In this document: positions 48,192 through 57,478 of the stretch, piece by piece
Position numbering within the stretch: position 1 is the stretch's first letter
Layout: every line of letters begins with the position of its first letter
IMG/VR virus record: IMGVR_UViG_3300042197_004886
Coordinates: 1-60,162 of that record
Direction: 5' to 3' (one strand)
DNA length: 60,162 bases
From: a virus
Lineage: Duplodnaviria > Caudoviricetes
Made by a program: the position numbers and the translations under genes
The notes under the pieces: generated by a model
The model's database searches: none
Told to the model about the DNA's origin: nothing
What the model saw: the letters and a program-made list of their open reading frames with translations, nothing else

Positions 48192-50116
48192 TATATGTCC
48201 TCTTTGTTCAGGTCTTTCTCCTGTAATTTTGGATCTACTATCTCTGCCGAAAAGTCCGAATTTTCAAGTATCGAGCTAAATTTCGACTTTTTCTGCTCGC
48301 TCTCGTCCACCTTCTTCTCTAACTCTTTTTGCAGGTTATAGAATTCAGGCACTATCGAGTTCGGCACCTGCTTCTTGAACTCAGCAAAGTCAGAGCGGTC
48401 AATCGTTTTTAATACCTCTTCTGATTTTATAAAGCTTGGCAGTTCGACGAGTTTAAACTCTTTTGCCAAGCGCAGCGGAATCTTTTTCTTCTTTATGTAC
48501 TCTAGCTGTAGAGCATAATCTTTTACCCTACGTTCTGAGGTTCCCCATAGCAGAGGTTTGTAAGCCGGGTGCAGTTCCTCTAAGATCTCTTCGATCTGTC
48601 CCGAATCGATCATCTTGATGTCTAGTATGAGGTCGTGATATTCTTGTTTTACCTTTTCAAGCATCGTTTTTGTGAGTCGAGTAGAAAAAGGAAACTTTGC
48701 AGTCTTCTTTTCGGGCTTGACTGCAACCAGCACCACTGGGTGTCCGTTCTTTTCTTTTAGCTTTTTTGCAGCCTTGATGTGGCCCATGGTGACGGGCTGA
48801 AAGTTACCGATAAGCAGGTTAACCTCGGTCGAGTCGGGCTTTTTGCCCTTGCCCTCAGCAACCTCCTTTTCGCTCAGTATTCCATCATCCGTTGCCGATC
48901 CAACAAACTCGCTAAAGCTTGGAAAAAGACCCTCGTACACCTTGTTGCCCATGATCACGTTTCGGATCTTATCAACGATAATGTTGAGCTGGGTCAGTAA
49001 TTCTTGCGTAAAAAAACCCGAGCTGGACTTTTTGCGATTACGTCTCAGGAAGTTAAGCAGGATTTTGTAGATCTCAGTATAGGTCTCGTTGCCCTTGATT
49101 AGGCGCAATACCGCTGGGTCCTTGACAAGATTTGTATCTAGCTCAAATTCCGGTCTCTTTAGATACTCAGGAATCTCGAGTTCAAGGCCTTCGTACTTAC
49201 CCGCATACTCTTTTATAAAGTCCTTAAAGATGCTATTGATCAGGGCTAGGTACTTTTCATCGTAATTTGAGCCCTTTTCCGCCATCTTTTCGAGATCCGC
49301 AACATCATACATTTCAAAGTGGTTCATCAAGTCGATGATGATGAGCCAGATATAATCCTGCGAACGGTTTTCTCTGGGTTTAGCCACTCCTTCCTCGCGT
49401 TGTTGAAACATGGGATCCACTAGCTTTGCCAAAAAGACCTGCTCTTCTGGGTTTTGGTTGGACTCGTCGTAAAACCTAAAGATCAGGGTGTCCGTGTCCA
49501 GCTCTTCCTCGAGCTGGCTCTCCTCGCCCTTTAGGATCGAGATGATATATTTAGTAAAAGAGTGGGTCTTGAACTTTTTTGTAAGCTCTTCACCTGGTGA
49601 GTAGACAAACTCAAGTATTGCAGTTTTCTGTTCATCGTTTAGCTTGCCCTCAAAGAGGATCGGAGGTCTCTCGACCACCAAATATTCTGCCCAGCGGTCT
49701 AGCTGTTCTTTATTCTGTACCGTGGCGACTGGAGTGCCCGAGTCGTCCAACTTATGGATATAGGAGAGCACAAGTCCGTTCTTCGGCATCGCCTTACGAC
49801 GCTTGCCGTCAAAGTCTCCTCTAGTAAAGTATTCAAAACCAAAGTAGAAATTAGCTGGAATCCTCTGTCTCTTCTCTTCAGGCAGCGACTCAAAGTGGGA
49901 GATTGCTCCATTGTAATATTTCATCAGCACACGGTCAACATAGCTAATCTCGCCGGCTTTTTTAAAGTACTTGAACTGGTCGTTCTTGTTCTTCTTTACC
50001 CCAAAAAGGGTGCCGTCTAACTTTTCGTTGATGATGACGTAACTGTTAAGCAGGCTGCTCAAAAAGGCTTCGCCCTTCTTTTCGTATACTTCTCTTAGGT
50101 TGTTTATTCCTGCCAT
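48191..50116 (-). CDS. Fusion of a ligase-like (EKLDG) N-terminal domain and a cytidylyltransferase-like (TxGH) C-terminal domain
   Basis: INEKLDG, FGFEY; GNFQPVTMGH...PFS. Confidence 0.6.
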   Translation of the reverse strand: MAGINNLREVYEKKGEAFLSSLLNSYVIINEKLDGTLFGVKKNKNDQFKYFKKAGEISYVDRVLMKYYNGAISHFESLPEEKRQRIPANFYFGFEYFTRGDFDGKRRKAMPKNGLVLSYIHKLDDSGTPVATVQNKEQLDRWAEYLVVERPPILFEGKLNDEQKTAILEFVYSPGEELTKKFKTHSFTKYIISILKGEESQLEEELDTDTLIFRFYDESNQNPEEQVFLAKLVDPMFQQREEGVAKPRENRSQDYIWLIIIDLMNHFEMYDVADLEKMAEKGSNYDEKYLALINSIFKDFIKEYAGKYEGLELEIPEYLKRPEFELDTNLVKDPAVLRLIKGNETYTEIYKILLNFLRRNRKKSSSGFFTQELLTQLNIIVDKIRNVIMGNKVYEGLFPSFSEFVGSATDDGILSEKEVAEGKGKKPDSTEVNLLIGNFQPVTMGHIKAAKKLKEKNGHPVVLVAVKPEKKTAKFPFSTRLTKTMLEKVKQEYHDLILDIKMIDSGQIEEILEELHPAYKPLLWGTSERRVKDYALQLEYIKKKKIPLRLAKEFKLVELPSFIKSEEVLKTIDRSDFAEFKKQVPNSIVPEFYNLQKELEKKVDESEQKKSKFSSILENSDFSAEIVDPKLQEKDLNKEDI

Positions 50117-50121
50117 ATTGA

Positions 50122-50685
50122 CTAGTCTGCGGAGGTTTCGCTTTGTGATTTTTCAGTCGACTCGTCCCGAGCCTCTGTTTCTTTTTTAACAGGTTCTGCT
50201 TCTTTACTCATTGCCTTGCGAATGCTTACTGCATCCATGCTAATGGAGATGCTGGCAACGTTATCTGAGTCCTCTGGGTTTTGCGTGAAGTACTCAATAA
50301 TCTTTTTAAGATTCATATTTAGGTCGTTTTCACCGAACCCTCCAGCCTCCTCTATTTTCTTCTTCAGATTTTTAGTAGCATTCCAGCTTCCTCTATAGCT
50401 AATAGACCAGCAATAGAAACGAACCTCTTCGTTCTTGCTGTCGTAGTAGTGCTGCATGTCCTTGATCTTTTGGATCGCACCGTTTGCATCACGATAGGTG
50501 GTCGCCCGGCCAAGAGTATCGGAAGGCACGCCAAATCTTACGCCATCTGCTAGTATCTCCATAAGATCACCAATACGTCCTATTATCTGCTTGGCCTTGT
50601 AGCCTTTGAGCGGACGGTCAATGTCACCCGATATTTCTGACTGTTCTTTTAAGTATTGATTAAAAAGCTTAAGGTCTTTCGCCAT
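50122..50685 (-). CDS. Hypothetical late protein
   Basis: ATAAATA upstream (50704-50710); N-terminus LKLFNQYLKE. Confidence 0.7.
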   Translation of the reverse strand: MAKDLKLFNQYLKEQSEISGDIDRPLKGYKAKQIIGRIGDLMEILADGVRFGVPSDTLGRATTYRDANGAIQKIKDMQHYYDSKNEEVRFYCWSISYRGSWNATKNLKKKIEEAGGFGENDLNMNLKKIIEYFTQNPEDSDNVASISISMDAVSIRKAMSKEAEPVKKETEARDESTEKSQSETSAD

Positions 50686-50715
50686 TTTACGCGATTTTTT
50701 TATTATTTATTAAAG

Positions 50716-51315
50716 CTAAGCCGTCGCGACAGCTAGACCGTCTATTAATTCGCAAAATAGGTCGACACTCTCCTCATCGAAGTGATTAGTGAAGACGATT
50801 CGGCGGTTTTTACGGCTCGCGTCTGAGTCGTGTTTAGCCGACATGGTCAGCACCTCCTCAAAGACTTTTTTCTCAGCTTCGTAATTTTCAAAATTACCAA
50901 AGTAATCCTTGTTCCTCTTTTTAGGTGAGGGCATGTCCATACGCGTCAAGTACATGAGCACGCAGTCCTGGTAAAGATCGCTCTTTAGGATCTGTTCGAA
51001 CTCAGTCAATAGCCTTTGCTTGTCCATGCGTTCTCGATAGATCGACCATACATAGGCTGAAAAAATCGAACGATCAAATACGAGCACCTTGTCCTTCAAG
51101 ATCGTCCTGTTTAGCTCAAGTATCGTCATCACGTTTGCGATACTAAAATAGTGCACGCCCGGTCCAGTCTCCTGATCCCTCATGCCCAGCTCTTCGATAT
51201 ACTTTGCAAACGCAAACTTGTAGTAGATGACGTTTGGATTCTGGTTTCTCTCGAAAAAGGATTCTAATAGGTGTGTTTTTCCAACATGGCGAGCGCCCTC
51301 GATAAATACGATCAT
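50716..51315 (-). CDS. dNMP/thymidylate kinase-like P-loop protein
   Basis: IVFIEGARHVGKT, VFDRS..SAYV. Confidence 0.75.
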   Translation of the reverse strand: MIVFIEGARHVGKTHLLESFFERNQNPNVIYYKFAFAKYIEELGMRDQETGPGVHYFSIANVMTILELNRTILKDKVLVFDRSIFSAYVWSIYRERMDKQRLLTEFEQILKSDLYQDCVLMYLTRMDMPSPKKRNKDYFGNFENYEAEKKVFEEVLTMSAKHDSDASRKNRRIVFTNHFDEESVDLFCELIDGLAVATA

Positions 51316-51887
51316 ATTAATTCTATTCTGGTTTCTTCTGAAAGTTTTACTCCTTTGATTCGATATACCTTTGCCTTATCGACGATGTAGGTTTTATAAC
51401 GATACTTTGGCAGTTCGGCCTGATCCCTCTTACGATTCAGCTGTGCAAAGAAATCCTGGTAAATACCGATCTGTTGTATCGAGTCCTCGTATATCTTTAC
51501 CTTGAGGATTTCTGGATTTTCTCTTAATAACTCGTCCAGTGTCTGGGCTTTTGAGCTCATTCGGCCTAGAAAAAACACCCGATCGAACCGGATGCCCCTC
51601 TTGTCCAGGATCTCCATCACCCCTTGCTGTAGAGACTCCACACGATGGGTGATAAGCACTGAAATCGTACCTGGCTTGGCTGCTCCAGCCGCCCAAGCAT
51701 CGTATACTGGTTTGATTAACTGTATGTTGTATAAGGTCTCTGAGAGCGAGACTGGGTGATCGTAAAAATCGTAAGGGTGACTGAAGTGTAGGTCCATCGT
51801 CTCGACCTGCGTCTTGCCGACGTAACCTGGCATCCTAAAAAGAGTTTCGTCAAAATCAAATACCTGTAAGAGGCGTCCTTTGTTCAT
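51312..51887 (-). CDS. HAD-superfamily phosphatase
   Basis: VFDFDETLF, LITHR, K, IYEDS. Confidence 0.8.
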   Translation of the reverse strand: MNKGRLLQVFDFDETLFRMPGYVGKTQVETMDLHFSHPYDFYDHPVSLSETLYNIQLIKPVYDAWAAGAAKPGTISVLITHRVESLQQGVMEILDKRGIRFDRVFFLGRMSSKAQTLDELLRENPEILKVKIYEDSIQQIGIYQDFFAQLNRKRDQAELPKYRYKTYIVDKAKVYRIKGVKLSEETRIELI

Positions 51888-51905
51888 GTTGGCTTGTTTT
51901 TTGTT

Positions 51906-51933
51906 ATTCTATATGATAAATAATAAAAAGTTT
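51906..51933 (-). promoter_or_regulatory. Putative promoter AAAC-N18-TAGAAT, overlapping a divergent ATAAATA late motif (51916-51922, +)
   Basis: Both motifs read directly in a short divergent intergenic region. Confidence 0.5.
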
Positions 51934-52436
51934 TGACTTTGGCGCACTTAAAATTTATCAAGTTATTCGAAGAGCACAGCAAAGACCTAGCGATCAATAA
52001 TTCCGAGGTCAGCCACACTTGGACTGAGGTCAGGGACGCCATCCAGATGAAGAGACCCTTCGTTATCGTTATCTTTAAGAACTCAGAGAACTACTTGGAC
52101 GCATTAGAGTCCTATTTTACCGAGGTCGACTATATCAAGCAGACAGCGATCCTCAATTTTGACGGAAAACAGCTAAAATATCCCTCCATCTTCTTTGTTC
52201 GCGACAAAGACGACGATTACTCGACCGAAGTGCGTAAGCTCTGTGAAAAATACAAGATCAAGTACGTCGTGGTCGGAGACGCCGGCTCCGAATACGCAAA
52301 ACTCTACTCACAAGACGGCACGGCAGTCGACTTGGGCAACGAAATCATCTCGACGTTAGAGCCCAAGGACTTTGGTACCGAAGACTGTTTTAAGCTGGGT
52401 TCCACCTACTATAGATTTATTGGTTTTGATAACTAA
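51933..52436 (+). CDS. Hypothetical late protein
   Basis: ATAAATA upstream; N-terminus HLKFIKLFEE. Confidence 0.7.
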   Translation: MTLAHLKFIKLFEEHSKDLAINNSEVSHTWTEVRDAIQMKRPFVIVIFKNSENYLDALESYFTEVDYIKQTAILNFDGKQLKYPSIFFVRDKDDDYSTEVRKLCEKYKIKYVVVGDAGSEYAKLYSQDGTAVDLGNEIISTLEPKDFGTEDCFKLGSTYYRFIGFDN

Positions 52437-52462
52437 ACCCAATTTTTGTCCTTTAGTATAAT
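52435..52462 (+). promoter_or_regulatory. Putative promoter AAAC-N18-TATAAT
   Basis: Recurrent motif upstream of the uvsY-uvsW-like pair. Confidence 0.6.
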
Positions 52463-52482
52463 AGGATAAATCATAAAACAAA

Positions 52483-52929
52483 ATGGGCGACGAGCAAAAG
52501 AAGGACACGAAGGACAAAATCTCCACCAAGTTTCAGGCCAGACGTGCCGAGGTCTCCAAAGAGATCTATGAAAATATCGAAAAGCTTTCCAACCTAAAGA
52601 CCCTAAAGGACGCTCAGGTAAACATGCTCTCGCTAAGACAACGCCTACTTGAGGACAATCATACACTATTAGAACACATCACCTCTTTACGTAAAAAGTT
52701 TAGGGACGAGAAGGCCGACACGATGGAGACCCTATCGAAAAACCTGCAGCTACGCTACCAGGCCAACGAGAAAAACGTCGTGATCGAGGGCAGAACATCA
52801 GTCACAAAGGAGTACTTGGAGATATTCGAAAACCAGGTCTCCTTCTTTAATGAGTCGATCAAGACCATCGATAATATCATCTTTGGCATCAAGACTAGAC
52901 TCGATATCGAAAAGACCTTGGGCTTGTAA
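52483..52929 (+). CDS. uvsY: Recombination mediator, UvsY-like
   Basis: Helical 148-aa protein ending IKTIDNIIFGIKTRLDIEK, adjacent to the UvsW-like gene. Confidence 0.55.
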   Translation: MGDEQKKDTKDKISTKFQARRAEVSKEIYENIEKLSNLKTLKDAQVNMLSLRQRLLEDNHTLLEHITSLRKKFRDEKADTMETLSKNLQLRYQANEKNVVIEGRTSVTKEYLEIFENQVSFFNESIKTIDNIIFGIKTRLDIEKTLGL

Positions 52930-52930
52930 G

Positions 52931-54508
52931 ATGCTGCGATTTGAGCTTACACCGGACAAGAAATTTATCAAGCTAATCGATTTTAGCCTTAACTCTGAGC
53001 GGGCTGACCTCTTCTCCTTCTTCAAGAAAAAATCAAAAAAGGCCGACTTTAATGTGCTGGTCGACCGTGGCATATGGGATGGCTTTGACCGATTTATCAC
53101 AAAGGACGGGCTCATCTCAGTCTCCCTGTGGAAAGAAGTCTATAACTTTGCTGCACGCTACGGTTACGACTGCGAGATCGAGGGGATCGACGCTCTGCTC
53201 TCGCTGGGTCTTGATCGAGAAAAGTACGAAAAGTACGTTGCAAAACTGCTGGACGGAGTGGTTGACGAGTTCGGCAAGCCGATCGTGCCCAGGGACTATC
53301 AGGTAGAGGGCGCCTTTCGGGCAATACAGTACCGCTTCTGCACTCAAGAGCTAGCGACTTCAGCCGGCAAGACCCTGATCTTCTATATCTTTAACTCTTT
53401 CCTACGCGATGCAAAAAAGGTCTCGGCCGACAACAAGGCCCTGCTTATCGTGCCCAATATCTCGTTGGTCGGCCAGACTGCCGAGAAATTTGAGCTCTAC
53501 TCCTCACACAAGGATTCCTGGAAAGTCTGTACGATAGGCGGCGACGATCGCTTTAAGGAGAAGGAATTTGAGGCGGCTGAGCTGGTGATCTCCACCTATC
53601 AAAGCCTACAGAACCTGCCAAAGGAGGTCTTTAAGAAATTTACCTGCGTCTGTGTGGACGAAACCCACAAGTCGCGCGGCAACGTTATCCGCGATATATT
53701 AAAAGCCTGCTCCAATTGGAAATACAGGCTGGGCCTTTCTGGAACCGTAAAGATCGACGAAAAGTATTCTGACTTTTTCAGGGTACAGGAAAATGTCGGG
53801 CCGCTGGTGATGGTGCTCTCAGCAAAACACCTCATCGATAACGAGTACTCGCCCAACATCAAGATAAAGATGGTAAACCTTAAATACGATAAGGCCGACC
53901 CCTACCTACAGAAATACTGGGCCCTGAAACGCGATGGCAAGGCCATGTACAAGAGCGCAAAGGACTACGGCAAGGACATGCTGGCCATCGAGCGCTCCTT
54001 TATTTTTGAGAGCAAGGAACGACTTGATTTTATTAACTCGTTGGTGCAGAAATTCGGTAAAAACGCACTCATCCTCTTCTCTGATGTGAAAAACGGCTAT
54101 GGCAAAAAGATCCAGCAGAAACTGCTAGAGTGGAACACTAATACTTTTTATATTGACGGAGAGGTGGAATCCGCCGACCGAGATGATTTTAAGCAGACGA
54201 TGGAATCCCAAGACAACGTGGTGATAGTTGCAAGCTATGGTACATTTGCGACCGGAATTGACCTAAAAAAAGTGCACCATATTGTTTTTGCAGAATCGAC
54301 CAAGGCCGAGGTAACTCTTCGCCAGTCAATAGGTCGAGGCATGCGTAAACTGGCAGAAAAGACCCAGGTGATTATTTGGGACCTGGTAGACCAGCTAGAC
54401 GGTTACATGGTAAAACACGCTGAAAAACGCGAAGAGATCTATCGGGACCAGGAGTTTGAGATCGTAAAAAACACGATTGACCTTACAAAGAAAACAAGAG
54501 AAAGTTAG
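52931..54508 (+). CDS. uvsW: UvsW-like SF2 DNA helicase
   Basis: WDG, PRDYQ, ATSAGKT, DETH, GLSGT, ASYGTFATGI, QSIGRGMR, IWDLVD. Confidence 0.9.
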   Translation: MLRFELTPDKKFIKLIDFSLNSERADLFSFFKKKSKKADFNVLVDRGIWDGFDRFITKDGLISVSLWKEVYNFAARYGYDCEIEGIDALLSLGLDREKYEKYVAKLLDGVVDEFGKPIVPRDYQVEGAFRAIQYRFCTQELATSAGKTLIFYIFNSFLRDAKKVSADNKALLIVPNISLVGQTAEKFELYSSHKDSWKVCTIGGDDRFKEKEFEAAELVISTYQSLQNLPKEVFKKFTCVCVDETHKSRGNVIRDILKACSNWKYRLGLSGTVKIDEKYSDFFRVQENVGPLVMVLSAKHLIDNEYSPNIKIKMVNLKYDKADPYLQKYWALKRDGKAMYKSAKDYGKDMLAIERSFIFESKERLDFINSLVQKFGKNALILFSDVKNGYGKKIQQKLLEWNTNTFYIDGEVESADRDDFKQTMESQDNVVIVASYGTFATGIDLKKVHHIVFAESTKAEVTLRQSIGRGMRKLAEKTQVIIWDLVDQLDGYMVKHAEKREEIYRDQEFEIVKNTIDLTKKTRES

Positions 54509-54807
54509 TCCCTATCCGCGATCACTTTTTCTAACTCTGCGTCGATTTGACGAGAGCCGTACCCGTCTTCCATCATAGCAATATAACACCCCTGCCAGTA
54601 GTCTATTGCGCTAAGCAGCTTTGCTCCGCTCTTTGCAGCAGGGAAAGTTTGCTCTCCAGAGTAATAGTACAATAATAGCTTTATCGCAATCTTTGAAAGA
54701 TAACGAGGTATGCCGAGCTCCTCTTCCGCTCGTCGCATGGCCCTCTGGATGCTTACTGGGATTGGGTCTGCGTCTGGATAGTGTTCATATAGTCTGATGT
54801 ACTTCAT
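54505..54807 (-). CDS. Hypothetical protein with an MKYIRLYE N-terminus
   Basis: ATGA-coupled to the repeat-gene array; shares its N-terminal motif. Confidence 0.65.
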   Translation of the reverse strand: MKYIRLYEHYPDADPIPVSIQRAMRRAEEELGIPRYLSKIAIKLLLYYYSGEQTFPAAKSGAKLLSAIDYWQGCYIAMMEDGYGSRQIDAELEKVIADRD

Positions 54808-55229
54808 ACTAGCCCAATCGATTTTAAATACTTCCATGCCTCCCATTCCTCTTGAGTAGTGACCTCTTTGGCGTGTTCGCCGTGCCAGTACCACCATTCC
54901 CACTCGACGGAGCCGTCTGGGCGATACACGATCTGGGCAGGCCCGTCTAGGCGATGCAGCTTACCGTTTTGGTACCACCATTCCCACGCGACGGAGCCGT
55001 CTCGGCGATACCCGATCATGGCAGGCCCGTCTAGACGATGCAGCTTATCGTTTTGGTACCACTCTTCCTCCTTAACAGAGCCGTCTCGGCGATACCCGAT
55101 CATGGCAGGCCCGTCTAGACGATGCAGCTTATCGTTTTGGTACCACTCTTCCTCCTTAACAGAGCCGTCTGGGTGATACCAGATCTGGGCTTCAGGTTCA
55201 GCTTGTTCGTATAGCTTGATGTGCTTCAT
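54804..55229 (-). CDS. HRxDGPA (MORN/YwqK-like) beta-hairpin repeat protein, copy 3
   Basis: MKHIKLYEQ start; 28-aa repeats; 141 aa. Confidence 0.8.
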   Translation of the reverse strand: MKHIKLYEQAEPEAQIWYHPDGSVKEEEWYQNDKLHRLDGPAMIGYRRDGSVKEEEWYQNDKLHRLDGPAMIGYRRDGSVAWEWWYQNGKLHRLDGPAQIVYRPDGSVEWEWWYWHGEHAKEVTTQEEWEAWKYLKSIGLV

Positions 55230-55567
55230 ATTAGCCCAATCGATTTTAAATACTTCCATGCCTCCCATTCCTCTTGAGTAGTGACCTCTTTGGCGTGTTC
55301 GCCGTGCCAGTACCACCATTCCCACTCGACGGAGCCGTCTGGGCGATACCCGATCCAGGCAGGCCCGTCTAGGCGATGCAGCTTACCGTTTTGGTACCAC
55401 TCTTCCTCCTCAACAGAGCCGTCTAGGCGATACCAGATCCAGGCAGGCCCGTCTGGGCGATGCAGCTTACCGTTTTGGTGCCACCGTTCCCGCTTGACGG
55501 AGCCGTCTGGGTGATACTTGATCCGCTTTTCAGGCTCAGCTTGTTCGTATAGCTTGATGTGCTTCAT
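55226..55567 (-). CDS. HRxDGPA repeat protein, copy 2
   Basis: Same N- and C-caps, one repeat fewer; 113 aa. Confidence 0.8.
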   Translation of the reverse strand: MKHIKLYEQAEPEKRIKYHPDGSVKRERWHQNGKLHRPDGPAWIWYRLDGSVEEEEWYQNGKLHRLDGPAWIGYRPDGSVEWEWWYWHGEHAKEVTTQEEWEAWKYLKSIGLI

Positions 55568-55989
55568 ATTAGCCCAATCGATTTTAAATACTTCCATGCC
55601 TCCCATTCCTCTTGAGTAGTGACCTCTTTGGCGTGTTCGCCGTGCCAGTACCACCATTCCCACTCGACGGAGCCGTCTGGGCGATACCCGATCCAGGCAG
55701 GCCCGTCTAGGCGATGCAGCTTACCGTTTTGGTACCACTCTTCCTCCTTAACAGAGCCGTCTGGGCGATACCAGATCAGGGCAGGCCCGTCTGGGCGATG
55801 TCGCTTGTCGTTTTGGTACCACCATTCCCACTTGACGGAGCCGTCTGGGTGATACCAGATCTGGGCAGGCCCGTCTAGGCGATGCAGCTTACCGTTTTGG
55901 TACCATATTTCCCACTCAACAGAGCCGTCTGGGAGATACCCGATCCGCTTTTTAGGTTTAGCTTGTTCGTATAGCTTGATGTGCTTCAT
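55564..55989 (-). CDS. HRxDGPA repeat protein, copy 1
   Basis: 141 aa; ATAAATA motif upstream (55997-56003). Confidence 0.8.
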   Translation of the reverse strand: MKHIKLYEQAKPKKRIGYLPDGSVEWEIWYQNGKLHRLDGPAQIWYHPDGSVKWEWWYQNDKRHRPDGPALIWYRPDGSVKEEEWYQNGKLHRLDGPAWIGYRPDGSVEWEWWYWHGEHAKEVTTQEEWEAWKYLKSIGLI

Positions 55990-55999
55990 CCAGTGTTAT

Positions 56000-56770
56000 T
56001 TATTTGCCGTTCAGTTTCTCTGATGACTCGATACGATCAAAGATCTCCTCCAGCTTTTTGATGATTGGGTGCCGCACGATATCCTCCTTGCCAAGCTGCA
56101 CGCAACCGATCTCTGGAATCTCGCCAAAGTATTCGATCAGGATCTCGAGTGCGCTCTTTTCCTTCTTATTGACGGACTTTTGTTTGACGTCGCCCAAGAA
56201 GATCATTTTCGAGTTCATGCCGATACGGGTGATGAGAGTACGTAAGTTATCTTTAGAGATCTGTTGAGCCTCGTCAACAATGATTATTGCGTTATCTAGC
56301 GTGACTCCAAGCGCAAACTTGATGGGCAGGATCTCGATCACGCCCAGGCTCTTTAGGCTCTCAGTCGTGGCCTTACCGATCACCTTATGAAAGTTAGAGA
56401 TGAAAGGGTACATGTACATCTCCATCTTTTCCTCCAAGGTGCCCTTCAGGTAACCGATCTCCTCGTCCTTTGGTACGTTTACCGACTTGATCAAGATGAT
56501 ACGGTGATAGGTTTCTCCCTCCTCTTTGATAAATTTAAGGGCCTTTGCACAGGAGAGATAGGTCTTGCCCGTGCCTGGAGGACCGATCACGACAGAGATC
56601 ACCTTCTGATCGATTGCCTCGATCACCCGCTTTTGCGCTTCAGACTTGCAGCGGATATCGATCTTTTCGGTAATTGCCTTGCCAGTACCGCGTTTGGTCC
56701 TTTCCCTTTCCCAATTCGAGATGTCCTCCATCTCCTCTTGAGTAAACCGATTTTTTCTTGTTCTTGCCAT
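56000..56770 (-). CDS. phoH: PhoH-like ATPase
   Basis: GPPGTGKT, IGYLKG.LEEK, IIVDEAQ, TRIG, GDVKQ, DIVRHP. Confidence 0.92.
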   Translation of the reverse strand: MARTRKNRFTQEEMEDISNWERERTKRGTGKAITEKIDIRCKSEAQKRVIEAIDQKVISVVIGPPGTGKTYLSCAKALKFIKEEGETYHRIILIKSVNVPKDEEIGYLKGTLEEKMEMYMYPFISNFHKVIGKATTESLKSLGVIEILPIKFALGVTLDNAIIIVDEAQQISKDNLRTLITRIGMNSKMIFLGDVKQKSVNKKEKSALEILIEYFGEIPEIGCVQLGKEDIVRHPIIKKLEEIFDRIESSEKLNGK

Positions 56771-56773
56771 AGT

Positions 56774-57394
56774 TTAGTGTATTTTTGCTGCAATGACGAT
56801 ACCTAACAGTATCTTTGCATAGTTTAATTGAAAGTTTAGGAAGGACTCCACCGCTTTGCGCTGCGAATACTCTAGCGAGAGGTTCTCCAGCTTCTGTACG
56901 TTGAGCTTTTGCACTGCCAGGACAACATCATTGGTCAGCGCAGTACCGTGTAGGTTAAGTATGTCCTCTAGCACATCGCTCATCGGCACAAATAGCAGGT
57001 TTGGAATCTTTAACGACTTGATAAATTTTTTGCTCTGCTTTAGCTGTTCTAGCTTTTTGCCCAGCTCGCGCTCCTTTAGCCCGACTTGCAGCTCTTGTGC
57101 GATCGAGTCGAGCTTTTTAATACGACCGGCCGTCTCGGCCACCTCTGCAATATCCTCCTGATAAAAAGAGATAGAAAAGGCATTTTCTATTTCAACATAG
57201 GTAAAATTAAAGTGGTTTTCGGTGCCGAAGGAGCCAAGGGTCTTTAATAGAATGGGCGAGATTCCCAATTCGCTAGGATCCACTCCCTCCTTCTCCAGCG
57301 TTATTTCGTATTCCTCAAATGGAAAGGACTCCATAAAAGGAAAGGTCGAATATATTTCTGAAGTTTTACCCCTTGATCGTTTTTCACTCACCAC
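56774..57394 (-). CDS. Hypothetical late protein
   Basis: ATAAATA upstream (57410-57416). Confidence 0.7.
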   Translation of the reverse strand: MVSEKRSRGKTSEIYSTFPFMESFPFEEYEITLEKEGVDPSELGISPILLKTLGSFGTENHFNFTYVEIENAFSISFYQEDIAEVAETAGRIKKLDSIAQELQVGLKERELGKKLEQLKQSKKFIKSLKIPNLLFVPMSDVLEDILNLHGTALTNDVVLAVQKLNVQKLENLSLEYSQRKAVESFLNFQLNYAKILLGIVIAAKIH

Positions 57395-57478
57395 AAACTT
57401 CTTTTTTATTATTTATTCTTTCCGGACTTCTTAGTCTAGTTGCTTAGAGAAATGATTTTTATTTTTATTCAATAGACG

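Larger units (their letters stand above)
54804..55989 (-). repeat. Nested tandem array: three paralogous genes built of 84-nt units
   Basis: Near-identical 84-nt units, one exact internal duplication (~54996-55170), and near-identical 3' caps. Confidence 0.92.

Noticed and set aside
54808-55663. Longer ORF-track starts (MGMVVLARRT...) for the repeat genes
   Set aside because: These are off-frame read-throughs of the repeated 3' cap; the true starts are the ATGA-coupled MKHIKLYE/MKYIRLYE
54804-55989. Diversity-generating retroelement explanation for the variable repeats
   Set aside because: Variable codons fit NNG, but many adenines (CAA AAC, GAA, GAC) are invariant, all copies are coding, and no reverse transcriptase or non-coding template repeat is in the window; it cannot be excluded genome-wide
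54804-55989. CRISPR array
   Set aside because: Units are in-frame 84-nt coding repeats with no unique spacers
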